From NCBI GenBank assembly GCA_958009085.1, contig OY253681.1, forward strand, positions 806,001 through 870,000: a DNA stretch of 64,000 nt, written 5' to 3'. Position numbers and translations under genes: made by a program. The DNA is from Protoeuglena noctilucae (Eukaryota). Numbering within the stretch: position 1 is the first letter of the stretch; the number at the start of each line of letters is the position of its first letter. Below are positions 36,444-49,250 of the stretch, in pieces. Under the pieces are notes generated by a model that searched no databases, had not been told where the DNA came from, and saw nothing but the letters and a program-made list of their open reading frames with translations.

Positions 36444-38588
36444 ATGGAGGACACAGATGCTTCGGCTTTGCAGGTGCATACCTGCTGCCCGCGTTCCACG
36501 CCCCGCGTTGCTGCAAAAACCGTTGCAAGTACCATTGACATTGCCAAGCACCACACGCGATTGCTTGGCTCGCAGTCGCTGCTGGACCTCCCAGATGACG
36601 CTCTGCTACGAATACTCGCGCTGACGGACTCGGCGCGGGCCGTGGGGGCCGCTGCGTGCACTTGCCGGGCGCTGCGCGAACTGCTGCTGACGCGGCCGAT
36701 CGGGCTGGTACGGGCGTCGTTCCGAGATGAAAACCTGGTGAACGCGGTAGATGACGCGTTTGTCGCGAGGATGTGCGGCCCGGGGACGGAGATCGCGGAC
36801 CTGTCCGGGTGCTGGCGCGTGACGGACGCGAGCCTCGCGCATTTGGGCCGTTCAGGGACGATTCGCGAGCTCGATCTGTCCGGCTGCAAGAACTTGACGG
36901 ACGCGGGACTCGACCACGTCGAATTCATGGGCCGCGTGGAGCGGGTGGGCCTGGCGGGGACGCTCGTGACGGATGCGGGAGTGCGCAAGGTGGCAGCACT
37001 CGGCTGGGTGCGGTCGATCGACACCTGGGGCTGCCCGCGCGTCGGCGACGCGGCGATCGGGGAGCTGGCGGGCGCGGGCGTGGCGGCGGTGCGGCTGGGG
37101 AAGGGGCTCGCGACCCCGCAGGGGCTGGCGCAGCTGGCGAGGGCGCGTGGATTGCGAAGCCTGGACCTCCAGAGCTTCACGGGTCTCTGCGCCGACGACG
37201 TGGTGGCGCTGGCGGGGCTGAGGGAGCTGGAGAGCCTTTCTTTGGGCCCCCTGGGTGTGTCATATGCCGAGGGTCTGGACTTGGTGGCAGTGGAGGCGTT
37301 GGCGTCGATGCCGGCGCTGCGGGACCTGACCCTGGACGGCGTCTCGCTGCTACAAGCGGGGCCGCTGGCGGCGCTCACGAGCCTGCGCGAGCTCGGGGTA
37401 TCGTTTCGCACCACCGCGCCCGTCGGGCTGGCCGCGTTGGCGAGCCTGCCCCGGCTCACCGCCCTCACGCTCGAGTGCGACTGGGCCGACAACGATCTGG
37501 CAGATCTGTCGGGTCTGCTGGAGCGGCTGGAGTACTTGTCGCTGAAAGTCGCGCCGCCGGACCCAGCCCTGGCGTCTCTGGCTCACGCCACGGCCCTCAC
37601 CTGGCTCGCCCTGGACTGCACACCGGTGTCCAGGGACTTCCTGGAGACGCTGCCACCCCTGCCGGCGCTGCGTGCGGTGGAGCTGAGCCGGGCGTGGGTG
37701 ACGCTGAGGGACCTCGGCCCTTTGGCGCGGTTCCCTGCGTTGCGCGAGGTTCACGTGTGCGACTCGCTGTGGGGCATCGATGGGGGTAATGAGGTGGAAA
37801 GGCTGCCAGCTGGGACTGAGGATGGGTTAGAGAGTGGGGTGGAGGGGCTGCCAGTGGCCCTCGAGGCCTTTTCCTTCGACAAGTACCTGGGGCTTTCGTT
37901 AGCGCCTCTGTCGCATTACACGGGCCTGACGAGGGTCGATGTCACTGCGGTTGGAGAAGCGTGCGACGTGGCGCCCCTCGCATCGCTCACAGCCCTGCGG
38001 ATGCTGTCACTGACGCGCCAGGGCTCCCCAATGTGCACGGGGATGTCGCATCTGTCGGCGCTCACCGCCCTCACCAGCCTGTCGCTGCGCCGCGTAACCG
38101 ACGAGGATATGTGCGATTTCGGGGCTGTTCTCTCTCGCTTGTCTCGCTTAGACCATTTGGCCTTGCACGACTGCAAGCTACGCATCGACCCCACCGCCCT
38201 CGCGTCCCTCACCTCCCTGTGCTCCCTGGCAGTGACCCAATTCGCGCCCGACCTCTCTATCGGCGCTTGCACGGACCAGCACCTGCGCAGCCTGAGCCGC
38301 TTGCCCCGCCTGGAGGAGCTGAGCATATACGGTCTCGATGCGCACCGCGTGTCGAGCGCAGGCATGGCGGCCCTCGCCGAGGTGGTGTCCCTAGAGAAGC
38401 TCGTGCTGTGGTATGCCGAGGGACTGGGCCCCGAGTGTTTTGAGCGATATAGGCATGGTTTGACGAGGCTGACGCACCTGCATGCCGTGGTGCACGGTCC
38501 CAATGCACCCGCCATGCACCAAGCCATGCGGGGGTTTCAGGCAGACAGGGCACGCGACGGCTGGCACTTTGAGTTGCGGGTGCAGTGA
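36444..38588 (+). CDS. F-box/leucine-rich repeat protein, intronless, 714 aa
   Basis: F-box-like LLDLPDDALLRILA followed by LRRs (DLSGCWRVTDASL, LDLSGCKNLTDAGL, LTALTSLSL...). Confidence 0.85.
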   Translation: MEDTDASALQVHTCCPRSTPRVAAKTVASTIDIAKHHTRLLGSQSLLDLPDDALLRILALTDSARAVGAAACTCRALRELLLTRPIGLVRASFRDENLVNAVDDAFVARMCGPGTEIADLSGCWRVTDASLAHLGRSGTIRELDLSGCKNLTDAGLDHVEFMGRVERVGLAGTLVTDAGVRKVAALGWVRSIDTWGCPRVGDAAIGELAGAGVAAVRLGKGLATPQGLAQLARARGLRSLDLQSFTGLCADDVVALAGLRELESLSLGPLGVSYAEGLDLVAVEALASMPALRDLTLDGVSLLQAGPLAALTSLRELGVSFRTTAPVGLAALASLPRLTALTLECDWADNDLADLSGLLERLEYLSLKVAPPDPALASLAHATALTWLALDCTPVSRDFLETLPPLPALRAVELSRAWVTLRDLGPLARFPALREVHVCDSLWGIDGGNEVERLPAGTEDGLESGVEGLPVALEAFSFDKYLGLSLAPLSHYTGLTRVDVTAVGEACDVAPLASLTALRMLSLTRQGSPMCTGMSHLSALTALTSLSLRRVTDEDMCDFGAVLSRLSRLDHLALHDCKLRIDPTALASLTSLCSLAVTQFAPDLSIGACTDQHLRSLSRLPRLEELSIYGLDAHRVSSAGMAALAEVVSLEKLVLWYAEGLGPECFERYRHGLTRLTHLHAVVHGPNAPAMHQAMRGFQADRARDGWHFELRVQ

Positions 38589-38762
38589 GGTGCAGCGGGA
38601 GGGTGGGGGGATGGGGCCACAGTGGCTCTTAGAGTTGCGGGTGCAGTGAGATGGGGCGGCGGTGGCGCTGTGACTGGTTGGTAACTGTTTGGTTCAGCGA
38701 GTTACAATTTGAATCCCCGTCTATAAGGTCTAAAAAGTAGTACTACTATGCAGCGAGTCACA

Positions 38763-41700
38763 TCACGTCACGCCCTCCAATGCCTCCATTGTTGCCCGCA
38801 GCTCCCTCAGCCGCCGCACCGCCGCCTCCGCACGCGGCCTCAGTCTCTCCGCCCTCTCCCCACGCGCACCCTCCCCGCCCCCCACCGCGTCCGCCACCTC
38901 CGCAGCCGCATACTCGCGCAGGGCCCCGTGGATCGACGCCAACTCTGACAGGAGCACCGCTGACAGCGCCGCCATTGCCGCGTCAGACGGCCGTGTCGCG
39001 ACCACACCCCTCGCCTTGCCGCTGCCCGTCTGCTCCCCGGCAGATCCCCGGGCAGTCCCCCGCACGGCCCCGCGCATGCTAGCTTCCCCAGACACCCCTT
39101 GCTTAGCCATGCCGCGACCCGCACCGGACTCGGCTGCAGCTGCGTCGACGGAGAGCGACGCCAGCACGCGGTCGAGCCACGACGCGTCCCGAGGTTGCAA
39201 ACGTTGAGTGGAGTCCCCGATACTACGCAAAGCAGAGGCCTTATCGTTTCTGGCAGAACCACCCCCGTTCCCACTTGCGCCTTTATTATCCCCCCTGTCT
39301 TTGTCACTGCCCCAGCCACCGTGTACGTCCCCGGCTCTGTCACTGCCCGCGACGTCCCCCAAGGGTCCCGGCGCGCTCAGACGCACAGCGTCGCAGCGCT
39401 GGGGTGATGCGTTGACCGCCAGTGCTGATGCGGTCCTCGCCACTGCCTCCGTCAGCCGCGTCGCCAGGCTCCCCAGATCCATAGAGCGGCGGTCGGAGTT
39501 GGCGACGACCGGTGCGGGGGCTGGTAGTGCGGGTCTACCCGCAATCGCAGGGATCGCCGACGGCCATGCATCCGCACCCATTCTGTCTCCAGCCACTTGC
39601 GCCCTAGCTACCCCCATCTCTTGCCCCGGTTCGGCATCATCGCCCCTCAGGTCACTGCAAGGCTCGGCGTCGACAGCACCGCGACCCGCGATGATCGACA
39701 CCCCCACGCGCGACGGGCTGCCCTTCCTCGCCGCCATCACAACCCTGCACCACTCACCCTCCCCCTCGACGCCCCCACCGCTCTCTCTCGCCCCCGCGAC
39801 TGCTGCACCCTGCTCCGCAGCCCCACCGCCCTCGCTGCTATCTGCACCGCCCTCCCTCGCCACTCCCTCCCCACCACCCTCGCTGCTCCCTGCCACAGCC
39901 CCTCTCGCCACCCTCGCCACCGTCTGTGGCACGGTCGGTGGGGTGGCACCCCCACCGCCCACGCCGCCACCGCTACCCACACCCCATCCCCGCTTGGTGG
40001 GGCTACCCATCGGTGTGGCTACCACAGATGCGCCCTTGTGCGACACCTCGCCAGCCGCTGCAGCTCCCACACCCGCATCCGCACTTGGCAAGCTCTCCGC
40101 CACCCCGCGCTGGGTTGAGGACGGCTGGCTGGTCATCGACACCCCTTGTTGGCTGGTGCACTCCGCTTGCGGGCTAGCCAACTCCCCTTGCTCATTCATC
40201 GACTCTCCTTGTTGCGACAACCCTTCTCTCTCCCAGTGGGGATTCCGCGTCGTCTGCGCCTCCGCCCGCGCCCGGCCACGCCGCCACCGCCCCTCTCCAC
40301 CCCACCCGTCCGCATGCCCCACACACCCCACCACCCCTGTCCCATCGGCGCTCCCTGCCGCGTCGTGCCAAGCGCCCGCAGCGCCCGCAGTATCTCCCAC
40401 ACCCTCATATCCAACCGTGCGCCCAACGCCCACCCCACCCCCATCGCCCACATTGCCCCGCTCCCTGCTCGCGATCTCCCCCGCCTCCCGCCGCGCGTCC
40501 ATTGCCAGAAACCCCAGCACCCGGGGCGACAGGGGCCCCGAGGGCCGCATCCCCAGCGGCCCCCACAGCCGCTCCGGCACCCCCAGAGCAGCCGCATCGG
40601 CCTCCGTCACCGCGCCTGCTTGCGTGAGCGTCGCCGAGAGCCAAACGCCGAAGCCCTCTTTGCGCGCGAGGTCCCAATGAAGGGCCCGGGCATCGTCGAT
40701 GCGCCTGGCCTTGGTGTGACGGTACTGGCGGTACCACCTGTAAGGGAGCGATGGAGAAAGGGGTGAGGTGGGGTGGGTGACGAGGACAGGGATGGTGTGA
40801 GGGGAGAAACATGGCAGGTGGGTGCTGTTGAGAGGCGGTGGACGCAGCAGGACGTTACAAACAGTCACGCCATAGCACGAGCTGTCACTCCATAGCATGA
40901 TCTCTATCATTCGATACCGCCCCTCCAATCTCACCGCAGCGCAAGCAGTCCCTTCTCCATCAGGACCCTCCCCCGGTGTGCATTCGCCTCCGCCTCCACG
41001 ACCCGCTCCCACGCGCACTCTCGCGCCCCCTCCATCCACGCGCGCAGTGCCCGCCTCGCCAGCAAGGTGTTGCAGTGCCGATCCGCCGCAGCGCACGCCA
41101 CCGCCTCCGCCGCCGCCTCTGCAGCCCGGTCGCGCCATCTACCCCACGCCCACCGGCAAAGCACGCGGTCACCCATCGCCTGCGATTGACAAAGGCACAT
41201 CTCGTTCACAGAGTTCTGTTCACTTCCTCGACCAATGTTTAGGCATTGTCAGTACTATCCATTGCGATAGGCTTATAGAATGAGTGCAACTGTCGCATCC
41301 CCGTCCGCCCCTCACCTCTGCTGCCGCCTCCCGCATGCGCTCCCGCACTGCGGCCAGGTATCCGCAGCGCAGAGCGTCCCACGCGTGCCGCAGCCGCAGC
41401 GGCCGCAGCGCGCGGACGGCCGCACGCAACGCAGATTCATCTCTCCGCCGCTCGTCTTGCTGTGACTGCGCGCCAACAAGCCCAGTCAGGGTCAATAAGG
41501 GTCGACTGGGATTCGCAGACGTGTGTAACAATGTTACCCCTTGTTGCCTGTGCCTGTGCCGTAATATAAAGGCCCTTTTCTTTCTGATGCCATCATCAGA
41601 CCGCACGCTCACCTGGCGCCACTCCGCCAGCCCAGCCATCGCCCGCGCCGCGAGCGACCGCTCGTGGAACGCCCGCGCCCGCTCCATCGCCCGACGCTCG

Positions 41701-44095
41701 GCCGCGCACTCGCCCGCGACCTCGCGCCACAGCCCCAGCGCCGCCCTTGCCACCCGGCGCCCCCAGAATGCCATCGCCGCCATCTGACGCGCGCGCTTGG
41801 CCCGGGCCATCTGCAGGAACGGACCCCGCCACCTCCCCAGCGCCGCGCGAGCCCGGTGCCGCGCCAGCACCCCCGCCAGTGCCCCCGTGAGTGCGTCGGC
41901 CCGTTCCCGCGCGTCCCGCACCGCCCCCACCCACGCCCGCCACGCCCGCCCGGCAGTGGCCAGGAACAGCCGCCGCCTCGCCATGCGGTTCTGCTCGAAG
42001 CGGAGGCACTTGTGGGCGTACCACTCCCGCCAGGCTGCGGGCGTCGGAACGATGCATGACTGTGAGATATGTAGTGCTAGCAAAGCCATAGATGTGCATG
42101 CATTGCCCGTCCCTGCCCCCTCGCCCCTGCTCTCCCAAAGCAGGTAGTTCCATGCGCACGTAACTATCGCTTCAATGTAAACATACAAGCCATCACCTGC
42201 CATCGCAGTCCCCGCCAGGTGCCCCGCATAGTGCGCGTCCGCCGCCCGCTCCCACTGCGACTCCCGCACCGCATCTCTCCACGAACCCCACGCGCGCCCG
42301 AGCGTTTTCAGCTCCGCGAAACCCTCAGCCACGCACGCATGCTCTGCCTCCCTCAGAGACTCCTCCGCCACCTCGCGCCACGTCCGCATGGCCCTCGCCA
42401 GTGCCGATGACCGCGCGTGGGCGTCAGCCAAAACCTTGGCGCGCTCGCGAGACGCCCGGTGCTCTCGGTACCAGCAGAGCGCGTCCCACGCTGCGGGAGG
42501 AAAACGGCAGGAGGGCCTGCTTTGGGTGCGGCCACGGCTGCACAACTAAGGGTTGACAGAGCGAGGAGGGCAGGCCTAACGAATCGATGTCCCCTACAAG
42601 AAGACAAACCCCGCACAAGCAACCTCGCACAGCACCGCACACACCCATGCCATGTCTTCCACGCACCCTTGCCCAGCAGCGATCGTCGCGCATGTCCCTC
42701 CGCAGCTTCGGTCGCCTCCCGCTTCCTCTGCCGGTGCACCGCGTAGGCGCGCAGGGTCCGGAGACACGCCGCCGTCAGCACGCGCTCCCTCCACGCCCTC
42801 GCCTCGTGCTCTGTCGCCTGCCTGGCCACCGCATGCCACGACACCAGTGCTCTCCGCAGAGTGAAGCGGCGCGGCAGCCCGCACCGGTCTGCCTCCGCCA
42901 GCACCGCGCGTGACTTGGCCTCCAGCGCCGCGCCCGCGCGCCTGCGACGTCGCAAAACACGGGGCACGTTTCGTGCTTTGCACGCCGCAGCATGTAACTT
43001 TAATGAGTGACCTTATCGCTGCACTCCTGACCCACTCGCTACCCCATCAACCAATGCCGCATGACCCCCTTGCCATACAGCTCACCACTGCCGCAGTGCC
43101 CGCCGCATCGCCCCCGCCTGTTCCGCACGCCCCGCGGCCACCCACGCAGCCTCCGCCCTCTCCCGCCCCTCCTCAGCCACCCGCGCCCACTCCCGCACCG
43201 CTGCCGTCAGCACCACCTCGCGCCGGTATGCCCTCGCCTCCTCCGCGATGCCTCGCTTGTAGGCGCGACCCTCCACGTACCACCCCCACCCCGCCAGGCC
43301 CCGCGCCAGCAGCCAACGGCACCGCTGGCCCATCGCGGCCGCGTTCTGCGCCCGCTCCTCCTGCAATAAAGTTCGAGAGAGTCCTCATTCAGGATAACAT
43401 GCACGGCAACCTCTCCACACACACGCGTACGTCGAGTCATGCGTCCCAAAGCAGAGCCAGCCCGCTCAGCCACACATGCGATGCCGGCAGTCAGTCACCG
43501 GCATCAAATTTGCATGCTTGTCGCATGCAGCGCTCGCCTGGGTCATCACGGCCGCGTCACGCCAGGCATGCACGCAGCCCCGCAGGACCACGTGGGCACG
43601 GTGGAGGTCGGCGACGAGCTTCTGCTGGTTCTTCTGAGCGCGGAGCGACGCGTACTCCCGCCAGCCGTCCCACGCACACTGCAGGAGGGCTACTGACCGC
43701 TCCCTTCGCATCGCGTCGGCCTGGGAACGCGCGCGGCGGGTGGCTCTCGCCCGTGCGCGCCAGAAAAGGAAGGCGTCCTGCAGCGCGACGAAGTGTCGGC
43801 GGAGAGCCGCGACCGCCGCGGCGCGCGCACGGGTGCGGGCCGCGCGGACGGCTCCTTGCCAGGCGTCCCAGGCGTGGCGAGGGTGTGCAACAGCGGGCAG
43901 CGGCCTTCGCGGCCCACGAGCGTCCTCGTCCTCGGATTCGCTCGAGGTATCCTCAACGACGACAGCCTTGTCTGCGCCGAAGCGCCCTCCGCGGCGGTCG
44001 TTGGAAGCTCGGCGCAAGAGGGCAAGGGGCGAGGGGCCTGGCGCGAGGTCCTCTGTGCTTGAAACCATCGCATCGGTAGGGGGCATCGATTTCAT
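38763..44095 (-). CDS. SFI1: SFI1-like centrin-binding protein (Trp-spaced Sfi1 repeats), multi-exon; start uncertain
   Basis: Many helical repeats of type A...R..LL...(F/W)..W (LQDAFLFWR, LLQCAWDGWREY, LARAMRTWREV, LAARAMAGLAEWR), followed by a low-complexity C-terminus. Confidence 0.6.
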
Positions 44096-44898
44096 GTCCG
44101 CAGACGTCGTGACTGCGGGGAGCGTGAGGTGAGATGCGCGTGGCTGGTCTCCCTCCGCCGTTACACTGAAGCAGCTCTGCGCGCCGCGTTCCGCTCCCGA
44201 TGTCGGCTCACCCAGCACGGCCCGTACGCGTCCGTTCGGACGCAACTGCTGTGCGCCATATCCGGCGCCCGGCGGGACGGGCACGGTCATCGGCCCTGGG
44301 CGCCCGCGTTACACAGCCACAAGCGGAGGTTCCCGCCAAAACCAGCGCGGGAAGCGCGGGGGCGTTACTGTGGAGCCATCCTCCCGAGCGGCTGCAGACA
44401 CGCGCCCGAGCGTAGCCGCCTGTGAGCGCCAATCAAGAAAGACTCAGGTTTTCGAAATTGGTGAGGCCGCCTCCCCTGCCAGCACGCAGCGATGGTATTT
44501 GAGCAAGTTTGCGTTGTCAGAGACGCCTACGTTCCTTCATGCGGTTCACTGAAGCGGGCGCTGACGCCAGTTTCTGGTGGCATGCCGCACGCAAGAGAAA
44601 GACGCCGGCCTCTGGAGACGCCAGCGTAACCGTGCGGGCCTGCACAACCTAGACGCGGGCGCTCTCTTGCGCTGAGATGTCGCGGAGAGTAGGAGGCGGC
44701 TTTCAGGCCCGCCACGGTAACAAACCGGGGCACGTGCCGCCTGCACCTGCGCCACTGGACGTAGCGACCCCTTCCCTTGCTGTCTTACCCTTGCGAGATT
44801 CCGAGCAGGCCTCTCTGCCTCATCCCGCGGCGCCGGGAAACCAGAGCATCCTCGGCTCTGTGGCCGGGCTGGATGCCGCGAACGACGTTTTAGCGGGA

Positions 44899-45728
44899 AT
44901 GCGAGAGCGTGCCATGCGCGAGAGTAGGGAGCGTTACATGGCGCTGCGAGGGTCGTCGGCCCAGAGTCCCCCGCCCAAGCGCGCGAAAGCTACTGACGAG
45001 GTCGCAGTGCGCACGGCGGGAGCTGCCGAACGCATCCTTCCGTCTGCCGCGGCAGCTGGTCCGCCATCCGAGATGGCGCAGCAACTGGAGGCGCTGGGAG
45101 ATGCTACAGCGTCCCTGGTGGCGAGGACGGCACGCACGTCCAGGTGTGATGGGCTGCGATGCGACATTCAACACTGTTTTGATGTTCCAGCTCGCCAGCG
45201 ATTGTGGAACCCGTGCTCCCGTGGCCACAGGGAGGGCTTGGTGCTGAAGGTAGACACACACGGCCTGACCGTGGGCTCGTTGTCGAGCGGCACTTCGCGC
45301 CCGCTGCTGTGCTTCGGGAATCGGCTCGAGTACAAGTTCCTGCACCCGGACCACAAGACGGTCGACATGGTGATGTACTACGCGGACACGTCCGACGCCC
45401 GGGTCGACGAGCGGAACGCGGCGCTGCGCTTCCACATCGACACGCCACTCGACCTGTTCGCATCTCACTACGGTGCGCCGCTGCGCCGCATCAGCCATTG
45501 CCGGTAACAATATGGCATGATAGCGACTCTCTGTCGCTCCTCTCGCATTGCCATCGATGAAAATCGCGGGCGGCGCGCGGTAACTACCGGCGCGCATTTC
45601 CTGCCCCCGCGCTACCCACAGACTCGTCGGACAGGACCCAGGAGCTCACTGTCAAGTTAAGGAACAGAAAAGACGTGGATGAGGTCGTCGCGCGCGTGCT
45701 CCCGCTTATGCGGGGGAAAGTGCGATGA
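44899..45728 (+). CDS. Hypothetical protein with a possibly beta-rich globular domain, multi-exon; start uncertain
   Basis: GC3-rich exon ...NRLEYKFLHPDHKTVDMVMYYADT...LFASHY spliced to DSSDRTQELTVKL...RGKVR*. Confidence 0.55.
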
Positions 45729-45990
45729 TCGTGTCGATGACGCACCCCAACTGTTCTTTTCACTCTCTCGCCGCCAACTCGGTCGCGAGAGTCATCCCGA
45801 TGGGCACATGATTCGCTCGACTTGGCTTACGTCGCCACACTGACGTGGGATAGCTCCTCCAGGTGCGGATACCGGTGCATGCTGTCCGTGCGATGGACAG
45901 CAATCGCGTTGACGGCGCCCCGGCGCGCCGATGAGCCGCGCCGGCCTCACCACATGTGTGTCATACGCAGTATATGCCAACGCGATTCCC

Positions 45991-47494
45991 ATGGCCCTCA
46001 TCTCCCGCAGATACGCGCGTTGGGCCGCGATGCCGGTCCTCGCCCCCCGCCATGTCGCCTGTCGCGCCGCCGCCCCGTCCGTCCCGCGGGCGCAAGTGAA
46101 GGACGTCGTCCTGCACGGCTTCCCCACGTCGTCCGTCTCTTTCCTGGCCAGGTGTTTGATCTAGATTGCCAGCTGTCCCGCCGTACCCGCCCATTCGTGC
46201 GCTGTGTGTCATGACCAACTGACGCCCCATGATGAGTCTCCCATGACACGCCCGAGTCTCCACATCGCAGGTTCGCGATGAACGTGCGCGGCATCAAGTA
46301 CCGCGAACGCCCGCTGCCGATGATCACGCGCCCCGACGGCCGGCCCGACAGCCGCGGTGTCAAGCCCTACATTGAGGCGGACGGCAAGGTCATCGACAAG
46401 GGCGGCGCCATCTTCAACTTCATCCAGGCGAGCGACGCAACTGGCAGGCTCACAGCTCCCCACTGCAAATCCTCTGCTCCCAGCTACTGCTGCTGCAGTG
46501 ACGTGCTGTCAGGTACAGGCCTAGTTCAATCCGACTGCGCCTAGTTTGGCTCCTGACACAGATCAGCTTGGCTTTCCACTGCGCTCAGACACCTCCCACC
46601 ATAGCACGCACATTCACGCCCCCCATGCCAACCCCACGGACCAGACGCCAGCCCAGTCCTCGCCCCCTCCACTGCAGGAGAACTTCCCAGGCCCTTCGTT
46701 GCTCCCGGAGAGCCTGGAGGCCCGGTCTCGCTCCCGCACCATCGCCACCTTCTGTGCAACCGAGGTGGGTGATGAGCGCAGAGACCAGAGACCGACTACC
46801 CACGTCAACTGCGGCAGTGAGCGTCCCATGCCCCGCTCTTGATCGTCGCTTGCGCTGTACGCTCACTGCCCAGTCACCCCTTCCCCTCTCTCCCCCTCAG
46901 ATGGCCCCGTACGGCTACTTCCGCGTCATCCGCTTCCTCTCCGACGAGCTGGGGGTGAGCCCCGAGGGCGTGCAAAAGTGGCGGGCGCACTGGCTGGAGG
47001 AGGGCCTGCAGGCGGTGGAGGAGATGCTCGAGGACCCGGACGCCATCTGCGTGGCCGACAGTGACGCCGACTGCGTGCCCCCCAAGGCGAGGCTGTCAGA
47101 TGCTTAGGGTGGAACGGTGTTCGCAATGGGTCATCAAGCAGCGCATGGCGAGTGTGCAGCCACTGCGGTGGTGGTGTCGTGGCCCATTCATTGCTCACAT
47201 GACTCAGAGCGTGCATGACCATCATCACCCTCCACCGACCCCACCGGGCTGACACGTCCAACCCTCCACCGCTCTCTGCCCTCCCTGCAGCCCGGCAAGT
47301 TCTGCATCGACGACGCAGTCAGCATGGCGGACGTCTTCTTGCTGCCCCAGGTCCACTGGGCCGTGCACGGGCCTTGCAAGGTCGACCTCGCCCGCAAGTA
47401 CCCGTTGATCAACCACGTGTACCAGAACTGCATGAAACTCGAGGCGTTCCAGAAGGCGCTGCCCGAGAACCAGCCGGACTTTAAGGGGTTTTGA
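45991..47494 (+). CDS. Glutathione S-transferase zeta/maleylacetoacetate isomerase-like, divergent, with N-terminal extension, 5 exons
   Basis: LHGFPTSSVSFLAR|FAMNVRGIKY; FPGPSLLP; W..HWLEEGL.AVE; GKFCIDDAVSMADVFLLPQV; AFQKALPENQPD. Confidence 0.8.
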
Positions 47495-47673
47495 GTCGAG
47501 CAGTGCTTGTGTGAAGGGCTGAGAGTTGCCAGGAGTTGCAACGCAGTGCAGTCGGTCGCATAGCTCGTCCTGTTCAATCACCACCATATCATGTCACCAC
47601 GGGAGTTTCGCATCATAAATGTCGCTAGCAACATGACGGCATGGCGCTCACACACGGCTGCATTTGCAACCAC

Positions 47674-49250
47674 CTATACCCCGCGCCGGCTACCTGCCAG
47701 TCGCTGTGCCGCACGCAGGACCTTGGCAGCGGCGACGGCCGCGCCGAATCCATTGCCGATGTTGACCACGGTGAGGCCGGCAGAGCACGAGTTGAGGGAG
47801 GAGAGGAGGGGCGCCATGCCCTGCAGCGCGGCACCGTAGCCGATGCTGGTGGGGCAGGCAATCACGGGCGCCTCCACCAACCCTGCCACCACGCTGCGTG
47901 CGGAGGGGCGAGCCGCGTCATGCCGGTGCCGGGTTGCAGGCTCAACAAGTACACGAACGCTGTTGTCATGGGTGGCACAAGTGACAGTGGCATGCTAGCA
48001 TTAGTATGTGAGGAGGGTCTGAGCTTCTCAAGACTCTCTCAGAACAACAACCACAGTGCCTGGCTCACCTGGGCAGGGCCCCGTCCATCCCCGCGACCAC
48101 CACCACGACGTCGGCGCCTCGGATGTCGTCCAGGCGGGCCAAGAGGCGGTGCAGCCCTGCCACGCCCACGTCCGCCACCCGCTTCACCTCGCACCCCATC
48201 GCCTGGGCCACCACGCGGCACTCCTGCGGCAAGCTCACCACGCACAAAGACCGGGGCTGCCGATGGTGGCGAGAGGCGGGCAGCTGCTATGTACTGAACA
48301 GTGCCACGTGCAAGTAACTATCCAAGTATTGTGCACAACGGCACCAACAGCAATGCGCACGTGCCCAGGGATGCCCTACCTCAGCGACTGCCAGATCGGC
48401 CGTGCCAGCGGACACGACGACGAGGGTGCCGGGCAGGGAGGGGACCTGGCGGCACCGCTCGGGGTGAGCCGAGCGCAGCGCACATATGCGGGCGACATGG
48501 TGGTACTCGATGCGCGGGTTGATGGCAGAAATGGCTGCGTATGCGTCTGGGCTGACACGCGTGGCCAGGACCAACGGCTCTCGCTCACTGCGACGCAGAT
48601 AAGGGCGGTGGCGGAAGTGCTTGTTCGGGTCGATGCACCATCAGCTGTGTCGTCGGTGCTCTGTGCTCCCAAGCCTGTCAGATGACACGGTCCCACCTTG
48701 GCCTTAGTCCTTCGCCATGCTATCGACCAAGCAGATACCGCAATGAGCAGGTGCAATAGCAAGCTACAGCTGCATTTAAGGTGCAACACACCTCAGGGCC
48801 TCCATAATCGCGCATATCTGCTCGGGAGTCTTGCCCGGGCCCCACACGGCCTCGGGGAAGCCCGTGCGCTCCGCCCTCCGGCTGTCGAGGGCCGCGAAGT
48901 CCTGGACCTGGAGTGCGCGATACAACGAAGACATATGTCAAACACCAGACATGCGGGGATGGGATCCGCAAGATGCTCGGATGCGCGGCGCGGCGCCGCA
49001 CCTGCTGCAGTCCGCTGGCCAGCGCCTGCAGCCTCGCCGCAGCCTGCTCCACGGTCACGGACCCCGCCTGCACCTGGCCAAGCAACGAAATAAGGCTCGG
49101 CTCGGTCCTCGCGGCCCGGCAGGGGGCGGGAGCGGCCCATCGGCGGGGCCGAGGGCAGCTGTCACTTCGGCCGGCCCATCGCGCCGGCCCAAGCCGCCAG
49201 CGCGGGCGCCACTGCAGACGATGGGCTTCTAACGATGCACGGGTGGCCAT
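47674..49250 (-). CDS. larB: LarB/CpmA family (PurE-like; nickel-pincer nucleotide biosynthesis carboxylase/hydrolase homolog), 5 exons
   Basis: [108 protein letters not shown]. Confidence 0.92.

Noticed and set aside
47674..49250. Bacterial contamination as the source of larB (and radA)
   Set aside because: Both genes contain spliceosomal introns of the local style and have host-like codon usage.
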